From: Eledone cirrhosa
Lineage: Eukaryota
Direction of reading: 5' to 3'
DNA length: 64,000 nt
NCBI GenBank assembly: GCA_964016885.1
Contig: OZ024741.1
Location: forward strand, 341,310,001-341,374,000
Shown here piece after piece: positions 40,390-54,800 of this stretch. A program made the position numbers and the translations under genes. The notes under the pieces were generated by a model. The model did not search any database and was not told the origin of the DNA. It worked only from the letters and a program-made list of their open reading frames with translations. How positions within the stretch are numbered: the first letter of the stretch is position 1; the number at the start of each line of letters is the position of its first letter.

Positions 40390-41182
40390 ACCACTGCTAG
40401 CTGCAAAAGGCTTCTCCCACAAAATGAAAGGCAGACTGTATGATGCGTGTATCCGAACAGCAATGTTACATGGTAGTGAGACCTAGGCACTGAAGGTGGA
40501 AGACTTACGTAGATTAGAGAGAAAGGAAGCCTGCATGCTCTGATGGATGTGTAATAGTAATATATGCGAACGACAAAGCATAAATGAATTGAGAGAGAGA
40601 CTGAGCATAAGAGGAATCAAATGGTGTGTGCAGGAGAGGCGGTTGCGTTGGTATGGACATGTGATGCGTATGAAGGATGACAGCTGCATAAAAAGGTGCA
40701 GAGCACTAGAAGTCGATGGAAACCGCAGAGTGGGGAGACCCAAGATGACCTGGGATGAGGTGATAAAAGCCGACCTTACACAATTACACCTCTCAAAGGT
40801 GATGACACACGACCGTGACCTCTGGCGTCACGCAGTAATACAGAGTACCCGACCTCCCATGGGTACAAGCTGAAGCATATAGACAATATGCCCCCACACC
40901 CTCCCACTGCAAGGTGGTCGTGGAGGTGCCACGGCAAAAAAGCACCCAGCCCACACTGTAAAGTGGATGTGTAGGCGCCATGGAAAAAAAGCACCCAGCA
41001 CTCACTGTAAATGAGGTTGGTGTTAGGAAGAGCATCCAGCTGTAGAAATCAAGCCAAATCAGTTCCTGTATAAGCAAGTCATGGTCAGCCGACCAGACAC
41101 TGCCCACAACAGGACAACCCGTCTAACCCATGCTAGCGTGGAAGAACGGACGTAAAACGGTGATGATGATGATGATGATGAT
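40390..41182 (+). mobile_element. 5'-truncated RTE family C
   Basis: Paralog of 2298-3027; (TGA)n tail. Confidence 0.92.
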
Positions 41183-41637
41183 CATACACGTAAACACACA
41201 CACAAACATATGCATCTTACCATAATAGGTTTCACATTATTAATATGAAATTTCTATTTTTTATATTTTTATCTATTTCATGTTTTAGCATATTATCCAT
41301 AGAACAATATCAATGTTTTCTTCATTAAAATATTTACTTATAATTCTCAATTTATTATGCATATAACTTCTGTTTCTATGCGATTTATAAGTATTAATTA
41401 AAATAAGCTGTGTTAATATTGTCTTAATATATTCTACATAAAATCTCTCAATTTATATATTATTAACTGGTTTGTTAAAGGATTAATCTATTATTATTAA
41501 CTATTAATTAATTATTATCTTGGTTATGGCTATGGGGCAAGAGAGGGGAGATAAGTTGAGAGCCAGAAAGATGGTCAGTGATTTGGCCATCATTGTGAAG
41601 ATGCATATGTCTAGTGGTTAGGATGTTGGAGTCACAG

Positions 41638-42210
41638 CCATAAGGTCAAAGGTTTGATTCCTTGACTGGGCACCACATTGTGTTCTTGAGTAATTCACTT
41701 CATTTCACATTGCTTGTTGTGTTAGGACTGGAAACTTGTCATTTAAAATAAACAAGAAACCTCCGATGACATTGTATCTCATTACAGCTAAACCTACATA
41801 GGTGTGAGCTGTGACAAAACAGGATAGGACTGGGGCTCCTATCATTAAAACATCCCAAAACCTAGAAGATACAGTCTTGTAGGAGTCCAGCTAAACCTAC
41901 ATTGGTGTGAGCTGTAATAACAATATGATATGACTGAAGCTCATAAGGTCATGGGTTTGATTCCTTGATTGGAATCAAACTTCTTGAGTAATTCACTTCA
42001 TTTCACATTACTTTTCATGTTAGGACTGGAAACTTGTCATTTAAAATAAACAAGAAACCTCCTATGAGATTGTATCTCATTACAGCTAAACCTACATAGG
42101 TGTGAGCTGTGATAACAATATGATAAAACTGGGGCTCCTACCATTAAAACATCCAAGAAACTTCCTATAAGATACAGCTTTGTAGAAGGCTAGCTAAACC
42201 TACAACATGA
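41638..42210. repeat. Local tandem duplication (~300-bp unit) with internal sub-repeats
   Basis: 41638-41940 is repeated from 41941; cagctaaacctacat recurs four times. Confidence 0.8.
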
Positions 42211-43294
42211 TAGGACATGAAGTTACATCTCACTTCAGTTACACATGAAGTTACATTTCATAGGAGATTTTTTGTAAGAGACCATCTAAAGCTATGTTGG
42301 AGTGAGCTGTAAATTTGACTTAATTTCAATGCTGTTCCATCTAGAGGAGAGTGTTATATTTCAGAGTTGAAACACCCCCTGACCATTGGATACTGTCTGA
42401 TGACATCAACTCCTCATAGTCAAGATTATACCCACCGAAGGAGAATAATGTGAAGCATCTCCTTTAACATAGAATTATCCTTCATTATTTTCATTCTTAT
42501 AGAGTGTGGATAGGCAGTATCGGTAGAGGGTCTGACGCCATGCTTTGCAGCAAAGAGTTACGGCCCTTTATGGTCTGAGTTCAAATCCCACCAAGGTTAA
42601 CTTTGCCTTTCATCCTTACAGGGTCGATAAAATAAAGTACCAGTAATACACTGGGATAATTGCTGGCCTTGTGCCAACAGTAGAAACAATTATTTTCATT
42701 CTTATATAATTTATATTGATTAGTTAAAATAAGCTTTGATAAGATTGTCTTAATATATTTTACATATTATTAAATTACAATTTAATAAAATAAAGTACCA
42801 GTAAATTTAATTGACTTTCCCCTTCTATAAATTACTGATTTTGTGTCAATGCTAGAAATCATTATTAAATTGTTTCTAGTTTTGGCACAAGGCCAGAAAT
42901 TATCCAGTGCATTACTGGTACTTTATTTTATCGACTCCGTAAGGAAATCGTTATTAAATTGTTTCTAGTTTTGGCACAAGGCCAGCAATTAGCCAGTGCA
43001 TTACTGGTACTTTATTTTATCGACCCCGTAAGGAAATCATTATTAAATTGCCATTAAATATTATTTACTCAAGTTGGTGGACTGGCAGAATTGGCAGAGC
43101 ATGTAACATAATATCTTGTCTTTAGTGTATTTAGTTACAGCTCTATGGGTTTCTTTCTTAATCAGAGAAGGAATGGAAGTATACAAGTATCAAGGTCTCC
43201 ATGATTGAGGTGGGGGAGGAAGGTATCCCCAAACGAGAGGCTTGGCCTGAACATTTGTATCAGAGAGAAATTTGTTAAATTAATTCAGGACTCA

Positions 43295-43780
43295 GGTAGT
43301 GGTGTTGAATTGGGTAATAGATTAAGTCTACCATCTAAGGATTATGTGGTTGTGTTGAACTGAGTGATAAATTAAGTCTACAATCCAAAGATCATGTGGT
43401 GGTATTGTTCTATGTGATAGTTAAGTCTATCACCTAAGGACCATGTGGTGGTGTTAATCTAGGTGGTAATTAAGTCGACAATCCAAGAACCATGTGGGGG
43501 TGTTAAACTGGATGATAGATTAAGTCTACCAACTAAGGACCATGTGCTAGTGTTGATTTGGGTGGTAGTCTACCATTAAGGACCATGTGGTGGTGTTAAA
43601 CTGGATGATAGATTAAGTTTACCACCCAGGGACCATACAGTGGGATTAAACTGGGTAATAAATTAAGTCTACCACCCAACAACTAAGTTGTGGTGTTAAG
43701 CTGAGCCACCAATTTAGTCTACTACCCAAGGACCAAGTGGTGGTGTTAAACTAGACAATAGATTAAGTCTACGGCCCAAG
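43295..43780. repeat. Diverged ~41-bp minisatellite
   Basis: Unit gtggtggtgttaaactggatgatagattaagtctaccacccaaggaccat-like, about 11 copies. Confidence 0.85.
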
Positions 43781-45889
43781 TAGACCACAGCAGAATTTCA
43801 ACTCAGAATGCAAGGAATTGGAACAAATACCACAAAGCAACTCCTCCAACACTAAACAATTCTACCAATCCACTGGACTGGTACATTACTTTATTGAATC
43901 TGAAAGGATGAAAGGCAATGTTGGCCTTAGCAAGGTTTAAACTCAGTATGCAGAGTGCAAAAATCAAAACATTTTATTCCACTTTCTAAAGACTTTGTTA
44001 CTTTGTTGCCTATATTTCGAGTTCAAATCTCACTGAGGTCCAGTGTCAATAAAATAAAGTACCAGTTAAATACTAGGGTTAGTTTTATCATCTGTATTCT
44101 TCCACAAATGTTGTGACCTTGTGGTAATGTTATAAATCCTTCATTAATTACTGGAGTTTAATTCAGTTAGTATCTAATTACTTCCATATATATATTTATC
44201 AGCTAAGTTAATTAAATTGGACCTTTATCAATTTCAATGATGAGTGTCCCAGATCATCCTACTTGATTAAATTAATGTATGCATGACTGAGTATCCCACA
44301 AACCTGTGTCCCCTTAACATAATTCTCATGAAAAATCAGCATGTGACACAGTGTGTGACAAAGCTGGCAGTTAGAATTATAATTATAGTTCATTAGACAA
44401 GCTTTGAAACTATGTCTGCTCAATGGTGGAGTAAATTGTTTAACTATTTGGCTATGCTACATTCAGTTTCTTCTATTCTCATGAAATATTATAGTTAATT
44501 AAAGTAAACTAATAATATTGTTGTAGTGTATCTTCCCTAATATGTTTTATAAAAAGTTCTGAACTAATTATAAAATTTTACTTTTTCATGGAGCTAATAT
44601 TTTCACAGAAAAAAATCAAATTAAATGGAATGTGTTTTATTTTATAATATATCTCCTATTCCCAATGGGAGGATTCAATGAACATGTTAGCACTGACTAC
44701 CTGAGATGAAAAGAAGTGATTGGAAGGAATAATGATCCTAATCTAAACACAAATAGAGTGGCCTTGTTAGACTTCTGTTCTTTTAGTGGACTCTCTATAA
44801 CGAGGAAAGGTTTTAAAATAGATATAAACACTTTAAAATAGCTTAGCATCATAAAAGTAGAAGTGATTTCAAATGGTTTGATATTAAAACGGTTAATAGT
44901 GATATGGATCTAAAACTATTACTGATGTCCTCCTTGTCCATATCCCACCCCCATCAGTACCATAACTAATTCCTGGCTCACACAATTGGAATACTCCCAG
45001 TCTGCTGCCAGTCACAGTACACACCAGACAAAACAAACAAGTTTTGTATGTTTGAATAGAATTCAAAGGGCATACAATTGTATTCTTGGCAATTTGCCCC
45101 TAACACAGCTGATCAACAAATTCTTGAGTCTTAGATATCTTTTGTTGAGTGACATGGCAAACAATCAAGATAGACTTTAACTCTTTAATACCAAACCACC
45201 AAAGCCCATCCCCTTGTTTTATGATACTAAGCTATTTGTTTTAAAAACTTTCCATTATAATTTTATATAAAAAAATATTATGTTCAAACCACCAGCTAAA
45301 TAATGAGAACATTAGTGATTTTACTAAATCCCTCAAAATTCTTGATTATTTTCAAAATTATTTGAAAATCATTATCATTAGAAATATGGTAATGGAAAGG
45401 TTTATATTTATCTAAAAACCTTCCATCATTAAGTTCTTCCCCTATGATTTACATTGAGGACATTTTAAGATCTGGTCTTTCTATTTACCATTTGGGCATC
45501 CTCAATTTCTCTCTCATTCGAAGTATCATGAGAGAAAGAGAGAGAGTGTGAGAGAGAGGGGGACAGATTTTAGAGAAAGACCACAAGTTAAGTATTTGAT
45601 GTGGCTGAGAGTTGCATGCAATTTTGAAAAATTGATTGTTATTTTGTCATTTCTCATTATAATATTCTAAATGTGTTAGTTATATATGTATTATAGCATT
45701 ATGATTGCGTAACATTTTTGGTAAACAGATAATCTGTGACAAGACTTTGGAACCCAGGGGACTAGGAATAAGTACTAAATAACATTGTCTGGCTAGCTAC
45801 GTATATTTCCATAACAGAACACTTCCAATCAGATTACATATAGAAATGATATATCAGTTTTCCTGTTTTTATTGTTGTTGTGGATCGTT

Positions 45890-48800
45890 TTGTTGTTGGT
45901 GTCAGTGGTCGTGATGGTATTGGTAGTAGTGGTGTTGGTGTCAGTAGTGGTGATGGTATTGGTAGTAGTGGTGTTGGTGTTAGTAGTGGTGATGGTATTA
46001 GTAGTAGTGGTGTTGGTGTTGGTGGTGGTGATGGTATTGGTAGTAGTGGTGTTGGTGTCAGTGATGGTGATGGTATTGGTAGTAGTGGTGTTGGTGTCAG
46101 TAGTGGTGATGGTATTGGTAGTAGTGGTGTTGGTGTTAGTGATGGTGATGGTATTAGTAGTAGTGGTGTTGGTGTTAGTAGTGGTGATGGTATTGGTAGT
46201 AGTGGTGTTGGTGTTAGTGATGGTGATGGTATTAGTAGTAGTGGTGTTGGTGTCAGTAGTGGTGATGGTATTGGTAGTAGTGGTGTTGGTGGTGGAGATG
46301 GTATTGGTAGTAGTGGTGTTGGTGTTAGTAATGGTGATGGTATTGGTAGTAGTGGTGTTGGTGTCAGTGATGGTGATGGTATTAGTAGTAGTGGTGTTGG
46401 TGACAGTAGTGGTGATGGTATTGGTAGTAGTGGTGTTGGTGTCAGTAGTGGTGATGGTAATAGTAGTAGTGGTGTTGGTGTTAGTAGTGGTGATGGTATT
46501 GGTAGTAGTGATGTTGGTGTAAGTGATGGTGATGGTGATGGTATTAGTAGTAGTGGTGTTGGTGTCAGTAATGGTGATGGTATTGGTAGTAGTGGTGTTG
46601 GTGTCAGTAGTGGTGATGGTAATAGTAGTAGTGGTGTTGGTGTTAGTAGTGGTGATGGTATTGGTAGTAGTGATGTTGGTGTAAGTGATGGTGATGGTGA
46701 TGGTATTAGTAGTAGTGGTGTTGGTGTCAGTAATGGTGATGGTATTGGTAGTAGTGGTGTTGGTGTCAGTAGTGGTGATGGTATTGGTAGTAGTGGTGTT
46801 GGTGTTAGTAGTGGTGATGGTATTGGTAGTTGTGGTGTTGGTGTTAGTAGTGGTGATGGTATTAGTAGTAGTGGTGTTGGTGTCAGTGATGGTGATGGTA
46901 TTAGTAGTAGTGGTGTTGGTGTCAGTGATGGTGATGGTATTAGTAGTAGTGGTGTTGGTGTTAGTAGTGGTGATGCTATTGGTAGTAGTGGTGTTGGTGC
47001 CAGTAATGGTGATGGTATTGGTATTAGTGGTGTTGGTGTCAGTAATGGTGATGGTATTGGTAGTAGTGGTGTTGGTGTTAGTAGTGGTGATGGTATTAGT
47101 AGTAGTGGTGTTGGTGTCGGTGATGGTGATGGTATTGGTAGTAGTGGTGTTGGTGTCAGTAGTGGTGATGGTATTAGTAGTAGTGGTGTTGGTGTTAGTA
47201 GTGGTGATGGTATTGGTAGTAGTGGTGTTGGTGTCAGTAGTGGTGATGGTATTAGTAGTAGTGGTGTTGGTGTTAGTAGTGGTGATGGTATTGGTAGTAG
47301 TGGTGTTGGTGTTAGTAGTGGTGATGGTATTAGTAGTAGTGGTGTTGGTGTTAGTAGTGGTGATGGTATTGGTAGTAGTGGTGTTGGTGGTGCTGATGAT
47401 ATTGGTAGTAGTGGTGTTGGTGTCAGTAGTGGTGATGGTATTAGTAGTAGTGGTGTTGGTGTCAGTAATGGTGATGGTATTGGTAGTAGTGGTGTTGGTG
47501 TCAGTAGTGGTGATTGTATTAGTAGTAGTGGTGTTGGTGTCAGTAGTGGTGATGGTATTGGTAGTAGTGGTGTTGGTGTTAGTAGTGGTGATGGTATTGG
47601 TAGTAGTGGTGTTGGTGTCAGTAATGGTGATGGTATTAGTAGTAGTGGTGTTGGTGTCAGTAATGGTGATGGTATTAGTAGTAGTGGTGTTGGTGTCAGT
47701 AGTGGTGATGGTATTGGTAGTAGTGGTGTTGGTGTTAGTAGTGGTGATGGTATTGGTAGTAGTGGTGTTGGTGTTAGTAGTGGTGATGGTATTAGTAGTA
47801 GTGGTGTTGGTGTCAGTAATGGTGATGGTATTAGTAGTAGTGGTGTTGGTGTCAGTAGTGGTGATGGTATTAGTAGTAGTGGTGCTGGTGTCAGTAGTGG
47901 TGATGGTATTAGTAGTAGTGGTGTTGGTGTCAGTAATGGTGATGGTATTAGTAGTAGTGGTGTTGGTGTCAGTAATGGTGATGGTATTAGTAGTAATGGT
48001 GTTGGTGTCAGTAGTGGTGATGGTATTAGTAGTAGTGGTGTTGGTGTCAGTGATGGTGATGGTATTAGTAGTAGTGGTGTTGGTGTCAGTAGTGGTGATG
48101 GTATTGGTAGTAGTGGTGTTGGTGTTAGTAATGGTGATGGTATTAGTAGTAGTGGTGTTGGTGTCAGTGATGGTGATGGTATTAGTAGTAGTGGTGTTGG
48201 TGTCAGTAGTGGTGATGGTATTGGTAGTAGTGGTGTTGGTGTCAGTAATGGTGATGGTATTAGTAGTAGTGGTGTTGGTGTAAGTGATGGTGATGGTATT
48301 AGTAGTAGTGGTGTTGGTGTAAGTGATGGTAATGGTATTAGTAGTAGTGGTGTTGGTGTAAGTGATGGTGATGGTATTGGTAGTAGTGGTGTTGGTGTCA
48401 GTAGTGGTGATGGTATTGGTAGTAGTGGTGTTGGTGTCAGTAGTGGTGATGGTATTAGTAGTAGTGGTGTTGGTGTCAGTAGTGGTGATGGTATTGGTAG
48501 TAGTGGTGTTGGTGTCAGTAGTGGTGATGGTATTGGTAGTAGTGGTGTTGGTGTCAGTGATGGTGATGGTATTAGTAGTAGTGGTGTTGGTGTCAGTGAT
48601 AGTGATGGTATTGGTAGTAGTGGTGTTGGTGTCAGTAGTGGTGATGGTATTGGTAGTAGTGGTGTTGGTGTCAGTAATGGTGATGGTATTGGTAGTAGTG
48701 GTGTTGGTGTCAGTGATAGTGATGGTATTGGTAGTAGTGGTGTTGGTGTCAGTAGTGGTGATGGTATTGGTAGTAGTGGTGTTGGTGTCAGTAATGGTGA

Positions 48801-51800
48801 TGGTATTGGTAGTAGTGGTGTTGGTGTCAGTGATAGTGATGGTATTGGTAGTAGTGGTGTTGGTGTCAGTAGTGGTGATGGTATTGGTAGTAGTGGTGTT
48901 GGTGTCAGTAATGGTGATGGTATTAGTAGTAGTGGTGTTGGTGTCAGTAGTGGTGATGGTATTGGTAGTAGTGGTGTTGGTGTTAATAGTGGTGATGGTA
49001 TTGGTAGTAGTGGTGTTGGTGTCAGTGATGGTGATGGTATTGGTAGTAGTGGTGTTGGTGTCAGTAGTGGTGATGGTATTGGTAGTAGTGGTGTTGGTGT
49101 CAGTAGTGGTGATGGTATTAGTAGTAGTGGTGGTGTTGGTGTCAGTAATGGTGATGGTATTAGTAGTAGTGGTGTTGGTGTCAGTAATGGTGATGGTATT
49201 AGTAGTAGTGGTGTTGGTGTTAGTAGTGGTGATGGTATTGGTAGTAGTGGTGTTGGTGTCAGTAATGGTGATGGTATTAGTAGTAGTGGTGTTGGTGTCA
49301 ATAGTGGTGATGGTATTGGTAGTAGTGGTGTTGGTGTCAGTAGTGGTGATGGTATTGGTAGTAGTGGTGTTGGTGTCAGTAGTGGTGATGGTCTTGGTAG
49401 TAGTGGTGTTGGTGTCAGTAGTGGTGATGGTATTAGTAGTAGTGGTGTTGGTGTCAGTAGTGGTGATGGTATTAGTAGTAGTGGTGTTGGTGTTAGTAGT
49501 GGTGATGGTATTAGTAGTAGTGGTGTTGGTGATGGTGATGGTATTAGTAGTAGTGGTGTTGGTGTCAGTAGTGGTGATGGTATTGGTAGTAGTGGTGTTG
49601 GTGTCAGTAGTGGTGATGGTATTAGTAGTAGTGGTGTTGGTGTCAGTAGTGGTGATGGTATTGGTAGTAGTGGTGTTGGTGTCAGTAGTGGTGATGGTAT
49701 TGGTAGTAGTGGTGTTGGTGTCAGTAGTGGTGATGGTATTAGTAGTAGTGGTGTTGGTGTCAGTAGTGGTGATGGTATTGGTAGTAGTGGTGTTGGTGTC
49801 AGTGGTCGTGATGGTATTGGTAGCAGTGGTGTTGGTGTCAGTAGTGGTGATGGTATTAGTAGTATTGGTGTTGGTGTTAGTAGTGGTGATGGTATTAGTA
49901 GTAGTGGTGTTGGTGTTAGTAGTGGTGATGGTAATAGTAGTAGTGGTGTTGGTGTCAGTGATGGTGATGGTATTGGTAGTAGTGGTGTTGGTGGTGGTGA
50001 TGGTATTGGTAGTAGTGGTGTTGGTGTTAGTAGTGGTGATGGTATTGGTAGTAGTGGTGTTGGTATCAGTAGTTGTGATGGTATTGGTAGTAGTGGTGTT
50101 GGTGTCAGTGATGGTGATGGTATTAGTAGTAGTGGTGTTGGTGTTAGTAGTGGTGATGGTATTGGTAGTAGTGGTGTTGGTGTCAGTAATGGTGATGGTA
50201 TTAGTAGTAGTGGTGTTGGTGTCAGTAGTGGTGATGGTATTGGTAGTAGTGGTGTTGGTGTCAGTAGTGGTGATGGTATTGGTAGTAGTGGTGTTGGTGT
50301 CAGTGATGGTGATGGTATTGGTAGTAGTGGTGTTGGTGTCAGTAATGGTGATGGTATTAGTAGTAGTGGTGTTGGTGTTAGTAGTGGTGATGGTATTGGT
50401 AGTAGTGGTGTTGGTGTCAGTGATGGTGATGGTATTAGTAGTAGTGGAGTTGGTGTCAGTAGTGGTGATGGTATTGGTAGTAGTGGTGTTGGTGTCAGTA
50501 GTGGTGATGGTATTGGTAGTAGTGGTGTTGGTGTCAGTAGTGGTGATGGTATTGGTAGTAGTGGTGTTGGTGTCAGTAGTGGTGATGGTATTGGTAGTAG
50601 TGGTGTTGGTGTCAGTAGTGGTGATGGTATTGGTAGTAGTGATGTTGGTGTCAGTGATGGTGATGGTATTGGTAGTAGTGGTGTTGGTGTTAGTAGTGGT
50701 GATGGTATTGGTAGTAGTGGTGTTGGTGTTAGTAGTGGTGATGGTATTGGTAGTAGTGGTGTTGGTGTCAGTGATGGTGATGGTATTGGTAGTAGTGGTG
50801 TTGGTGTCAGTAGTGGTGATGGTATTGGTAGTAGTGGTGTTGGTGTCAGTGATGGTGATGGTATTAGTAGTAGTGGTGTTGGTGTCAGTAGTGGTGATGG
50901 TATTAGTAGTAGTGGTGTTGGTGTCAGTAGTGGTGATGGTATTGGTAGTAGTGGTGTTGGTGTCAGTAGTGGTGATGGTATTGGTAGTAGTGGTGTTGGT
51001 GTAAGTGATGGTGATGGTATTGGTAGTAGTGGTGTTGGTGTCAGTAGTGGTGATGGTATTGGTAGTAGTGATGTTGGTGTAAGTGATGGTGATGGTATTG
51101 GTAGTAGTGGTGTTGGTGTCAGTAGTGGTGATGGTATTGGTAGTAGTGGTGTTGGTGTAAGTGATGGTGATGGTATTGGTAGTAGTGGTGTTGGTGTCAG
51201 TAGTGGTGATGGTATTGGTAGTAGTGATGTTGGTGTAAGTGATGGTGATGGTATTGGTAGTAGTGGTGTTGGTGTCAGTGATGGTGATGGTATTGGTAGT
51301 AGTGATGTTGGTGTAAGTGATGGTGATTGTATTAGTAGTAGTGATGTTGGTGTAAGTGATGGTGATGGTATTGGTAGTAGTGGTGTTGGTGTCAGTGATG
51401 GTGATGGTATTGGTAGTAGTGGTGTTGGTGTCAGTAGTGGTGATGGTATTGGTAGTAGTGATGTTGGTGTAAGTGATGGTGATGGTATTAGTAGTAGTGG
51501 TGTTGGTGTCAGTAGTGGTGATGGTATTGGTAGTAGTGGTGTTGGTGTCAGTAGTGGTGATGGTATTGGTAGTAGTGGTGTTGGTGTAAGTAGTGGTGAT
51601 GGTATTGGTAGTAGTGTTGTTGGTGTCAGTAGTGGTGATGGTATTGGTAGTAGTGGTGTTGGTGTTAGTAGTGGTGATGGTATTGGTAGTAGTGGTGTTG
51701 GTGTCAGTAGTGGTGATGGTATTGGTAGTAGTGGTGTTGGTGTCAGTAGTGGTGATGGTATTGGTAGTAGTGGTGTTGGTGTCAGTAGTGGTGATGGTAT

Positions 51801-54800
51801 TGGTAGTAGTGGTGTTGGTGTTAGTAGTGGTGATGGTATTGGTAGTAGTGGTGTTGGTGTCAGTAATGGTGATGGTATTGGTAGTAGTGGTGTTGGTGTC
51901 AATAGTGGTGAAGGTATTGGTAGTAGTGGTGTTGGTGTTAGTAGTGGTGATGGTATTGGTAGTAGTGGTGTTGGTGTCAGTGATGGTGATGGTATTGGTA
52001 GTAGTGGTGTTGGTGTCAGTAGTGGTGATGGTATTGGTAGTAGTGGTGTTGGTGTCAATAGTGGTGATGGTATTGGTAGTAGTGGTGTTGGTGTCAGTAG
52101 TGGTGATGGTATTGGTTGTAGTGGTGATGGTGTTAGTAGTGGTGTTGGTGTCAGTAGTGGTGATGGTATTGGTAGTAGTGGTGTTGGTGTCAGTAGTGGT
52201 GATGGTATTGGTAGTAGTGGTGTTGGTGATGGTGATGGTATTAGTAGTAGTGGTGTTGGTGTCAGTAGTGGTGATGGTATTGGTAGTAGTGGTGTTGGTG
52301 ATGGTGATGGTATTGGTAGTAGTGGTGTTGGTGTCAGTAGTGGTGATGGTATCAGTAGTAGTGGTGTTGGTGATGGTGATGGTATTAGTAGTAGTGGTGT
52401 TGGTGTCAGTAGTGGTGATGGTATTGGTAGTAGTGGTGTTGGTGTTAGTAGTGGTGATGCTATTGGTAGTAGTGGTGTTGGTGCCAGTAATGGTGATGGT
52501 ATTGGTAGTAGTGGTGTTGGTGTCAGTAGTGGTGATGGTATTGGTAGTAGTGGTGTTGGTGATGGTGATGGTATTGGTAGTAGTGGTGTTGGTGTCAGTG
52601 ATGGTGATGGTATTGGTAGTAGTGGTGTTGGTGTCAGTAGTGGTGATGGTATTAGTAGTAGTGGTGTTGGTGTCAGTAGTGGTGATGGTATTGGTAGTAG
52701 TGGTGTTGGTGTCAGTAGTGGTGATGGTATTGGTAGTAGTGGTGTTGGTGATGGTGATGGTATTGGTAGTAGTGGTGTTGGTGTCAGTGATGGTGATGGT
52801 ATTGGTAGTAGTGGTGTTGGTGTCAGTAGTGGTGATGGTATTAGTAGTAGTGGTGTTGGTGTCAGTAGTGGTGATGGTATTGGTAGTAGTGGTGTTGGTG
52901 TCAGTAGTGGTGATGGTATTGGTAGTAGTGGTGTTGGTGTTAGTAGTGGTGATGGTATTGGTAGTAGTGGTGTTGGTGTAAGTGATGGTGATGGTATTGT
53001 TAGTAGTGGTGTTGGTGGTGGTGATGGTATTGGTAGTAGTGGTGTTGGTGTTAGTAGTGGTGATGGTATTGGTAGTAGTGGTGTTGGTGTCAGTAGTGGT
53101 GATGGTATTGGTAGTAGTGGTGTTGGTGTCAGTAATGGTGATGGTATTGGTAGTAGTGGTGTTGGTGTCAGTAGTGGTGATGGTATTGGTAGTAGTGGTG
53201 TTGGTGTCAGTAATGGTGATGGTATTGGTAGTAGTGGTGTTGGTGTCAGTAGTGGTGATGGTATTAGTAGTAGTGGTGTTGGTGTCAGTAGTGATGATGG
53301 TATTAGTAGTAGTGGTGTTGGTGTCAGTGATGGTGATGGTATTGGTAGTCGTGGTGTTGGTGTCAGTAGTGGTGATGGTATTGGTAGTAGTGGTGTTGGT
53401 GTCAATAGTGGTGATGGTATTAGTAGTAGTGGTGTTGGTGTCAGTAGTGGTGATGGTATTGGTAGTAATGGTGTTGGTGTTAGTAGTGGTGATGGTATTG
53501 GTAGTAGTGGTGTTGGTGTCAGTGATGGTGATGGTATTGGTAGTAGTGGTGTTGGTGTTAGTAGTTGTGATGGTATTGGTAGTAGTGGTGTTGGTGTCAG
53601 TGATGGTGATGGTATTGGTAGTAGTGGTGTTGGTGTCAGTAGTGGTGATGGTATTGGTAGTAATGGTGTTGGGGTTAGTAGTGGTGATGGTATTGGTAGT
53701 AGTGGTGTTGGTGTCAGTAGTGGTGATGGTATTGGTAGTAGTGGTGTTGGTGTCAGTGTTGGTGATGGTATTGGTAGTAATGGTGTTGGTGTTAGTAGTG
53801 GTAATGGTATTGGTAGTAGTGGTGTTGGTGTTAGTAGTGGTGATGGTATTGGTAGTAGTGGTGTTGGTGTCAGTAGTGGTGATGGTATTAGTAGTAGTGG
53901 TGTTGGTGATGGTGATGGTGATGGTATTGGTAGTAGTGGTGTTGGTGTCAGTGTTGGTGATGGTATTGGTAGTAGTGGTGTTGGTGTTAGTAGTGGTGAT
54001 GGTATTGGTAGTAGTGGTGTTGGTGTCAGTAGTGGTGATGGTATTAGTAGTAGTGGTGTTGGTGATGGTGATGGTGATGGTATTGGTAGTAGTGGTGTTG
54101 GTGTCAGTGTTGGTGATGGTATTGGTAGTAATGGTGTTGGTGTCAGTAGTGGTGATGGTATTGGTAGTAGTGGTGTTGGTGTCAGTAGTGGTGATGGTAT
54201 TGGTAGTAGTGGTGTTGGTGTCAGTAGTGGTGATGGTATTGGTAGTAGTGGTGTTGGTGTTAGTAGTGGTGATGGTATTAGTAGTAGTGGTGTTGGTGTC
54301 AGTGATGGTGATGGTATTAGTAGTAGTGGTGTTGGTGTCAGTAGTGGTGATGGTATTGGTAGTAGTGGTGTTGGTGTTAGTAGTGGTGATGGTATTGGTA
54401 GTAGTGGTGTTGGTGTAAGTGATGGTGATGGTATTGGTAGTAGTGGTGTTGGTGTCAGTAGTGGTGATGGTATTAGTAGTAGTGGTGTTGGTGTCAGTAG
54501 TGGTGATGGTATTGGTAGTAGTGGTGTTGGTGTAAGTGATGGTGATGGTATTGGTAGTAGTGGTGTTGGTGTCAGTAGTGGTGATGGTATTGGTAGTAGT
54601 GGTGTTGGTGTTAGTAGTGGTGATGGTATTGGTAGTAGTGGTGTTGGTGTCAGTAGTGGTGATGGTATTGGTAGTAGTGGTGTTGGTAGTAGTGGTGTTG
54701 GTGTCAGTGATGGTGATGGTATTGGTAGTAGTGGTGTTGGTGTCAGTAGTGGTGATGGTATTGGTAGTAGTGGTGTTGGTGTCAGTAGTGGTGATGGTAT

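Noticed and set aside
42340-42450. Short higher-complexity stretch as a possible host exon
   Set aside because: No recognisable protein motif and no consistent splice-site pair.
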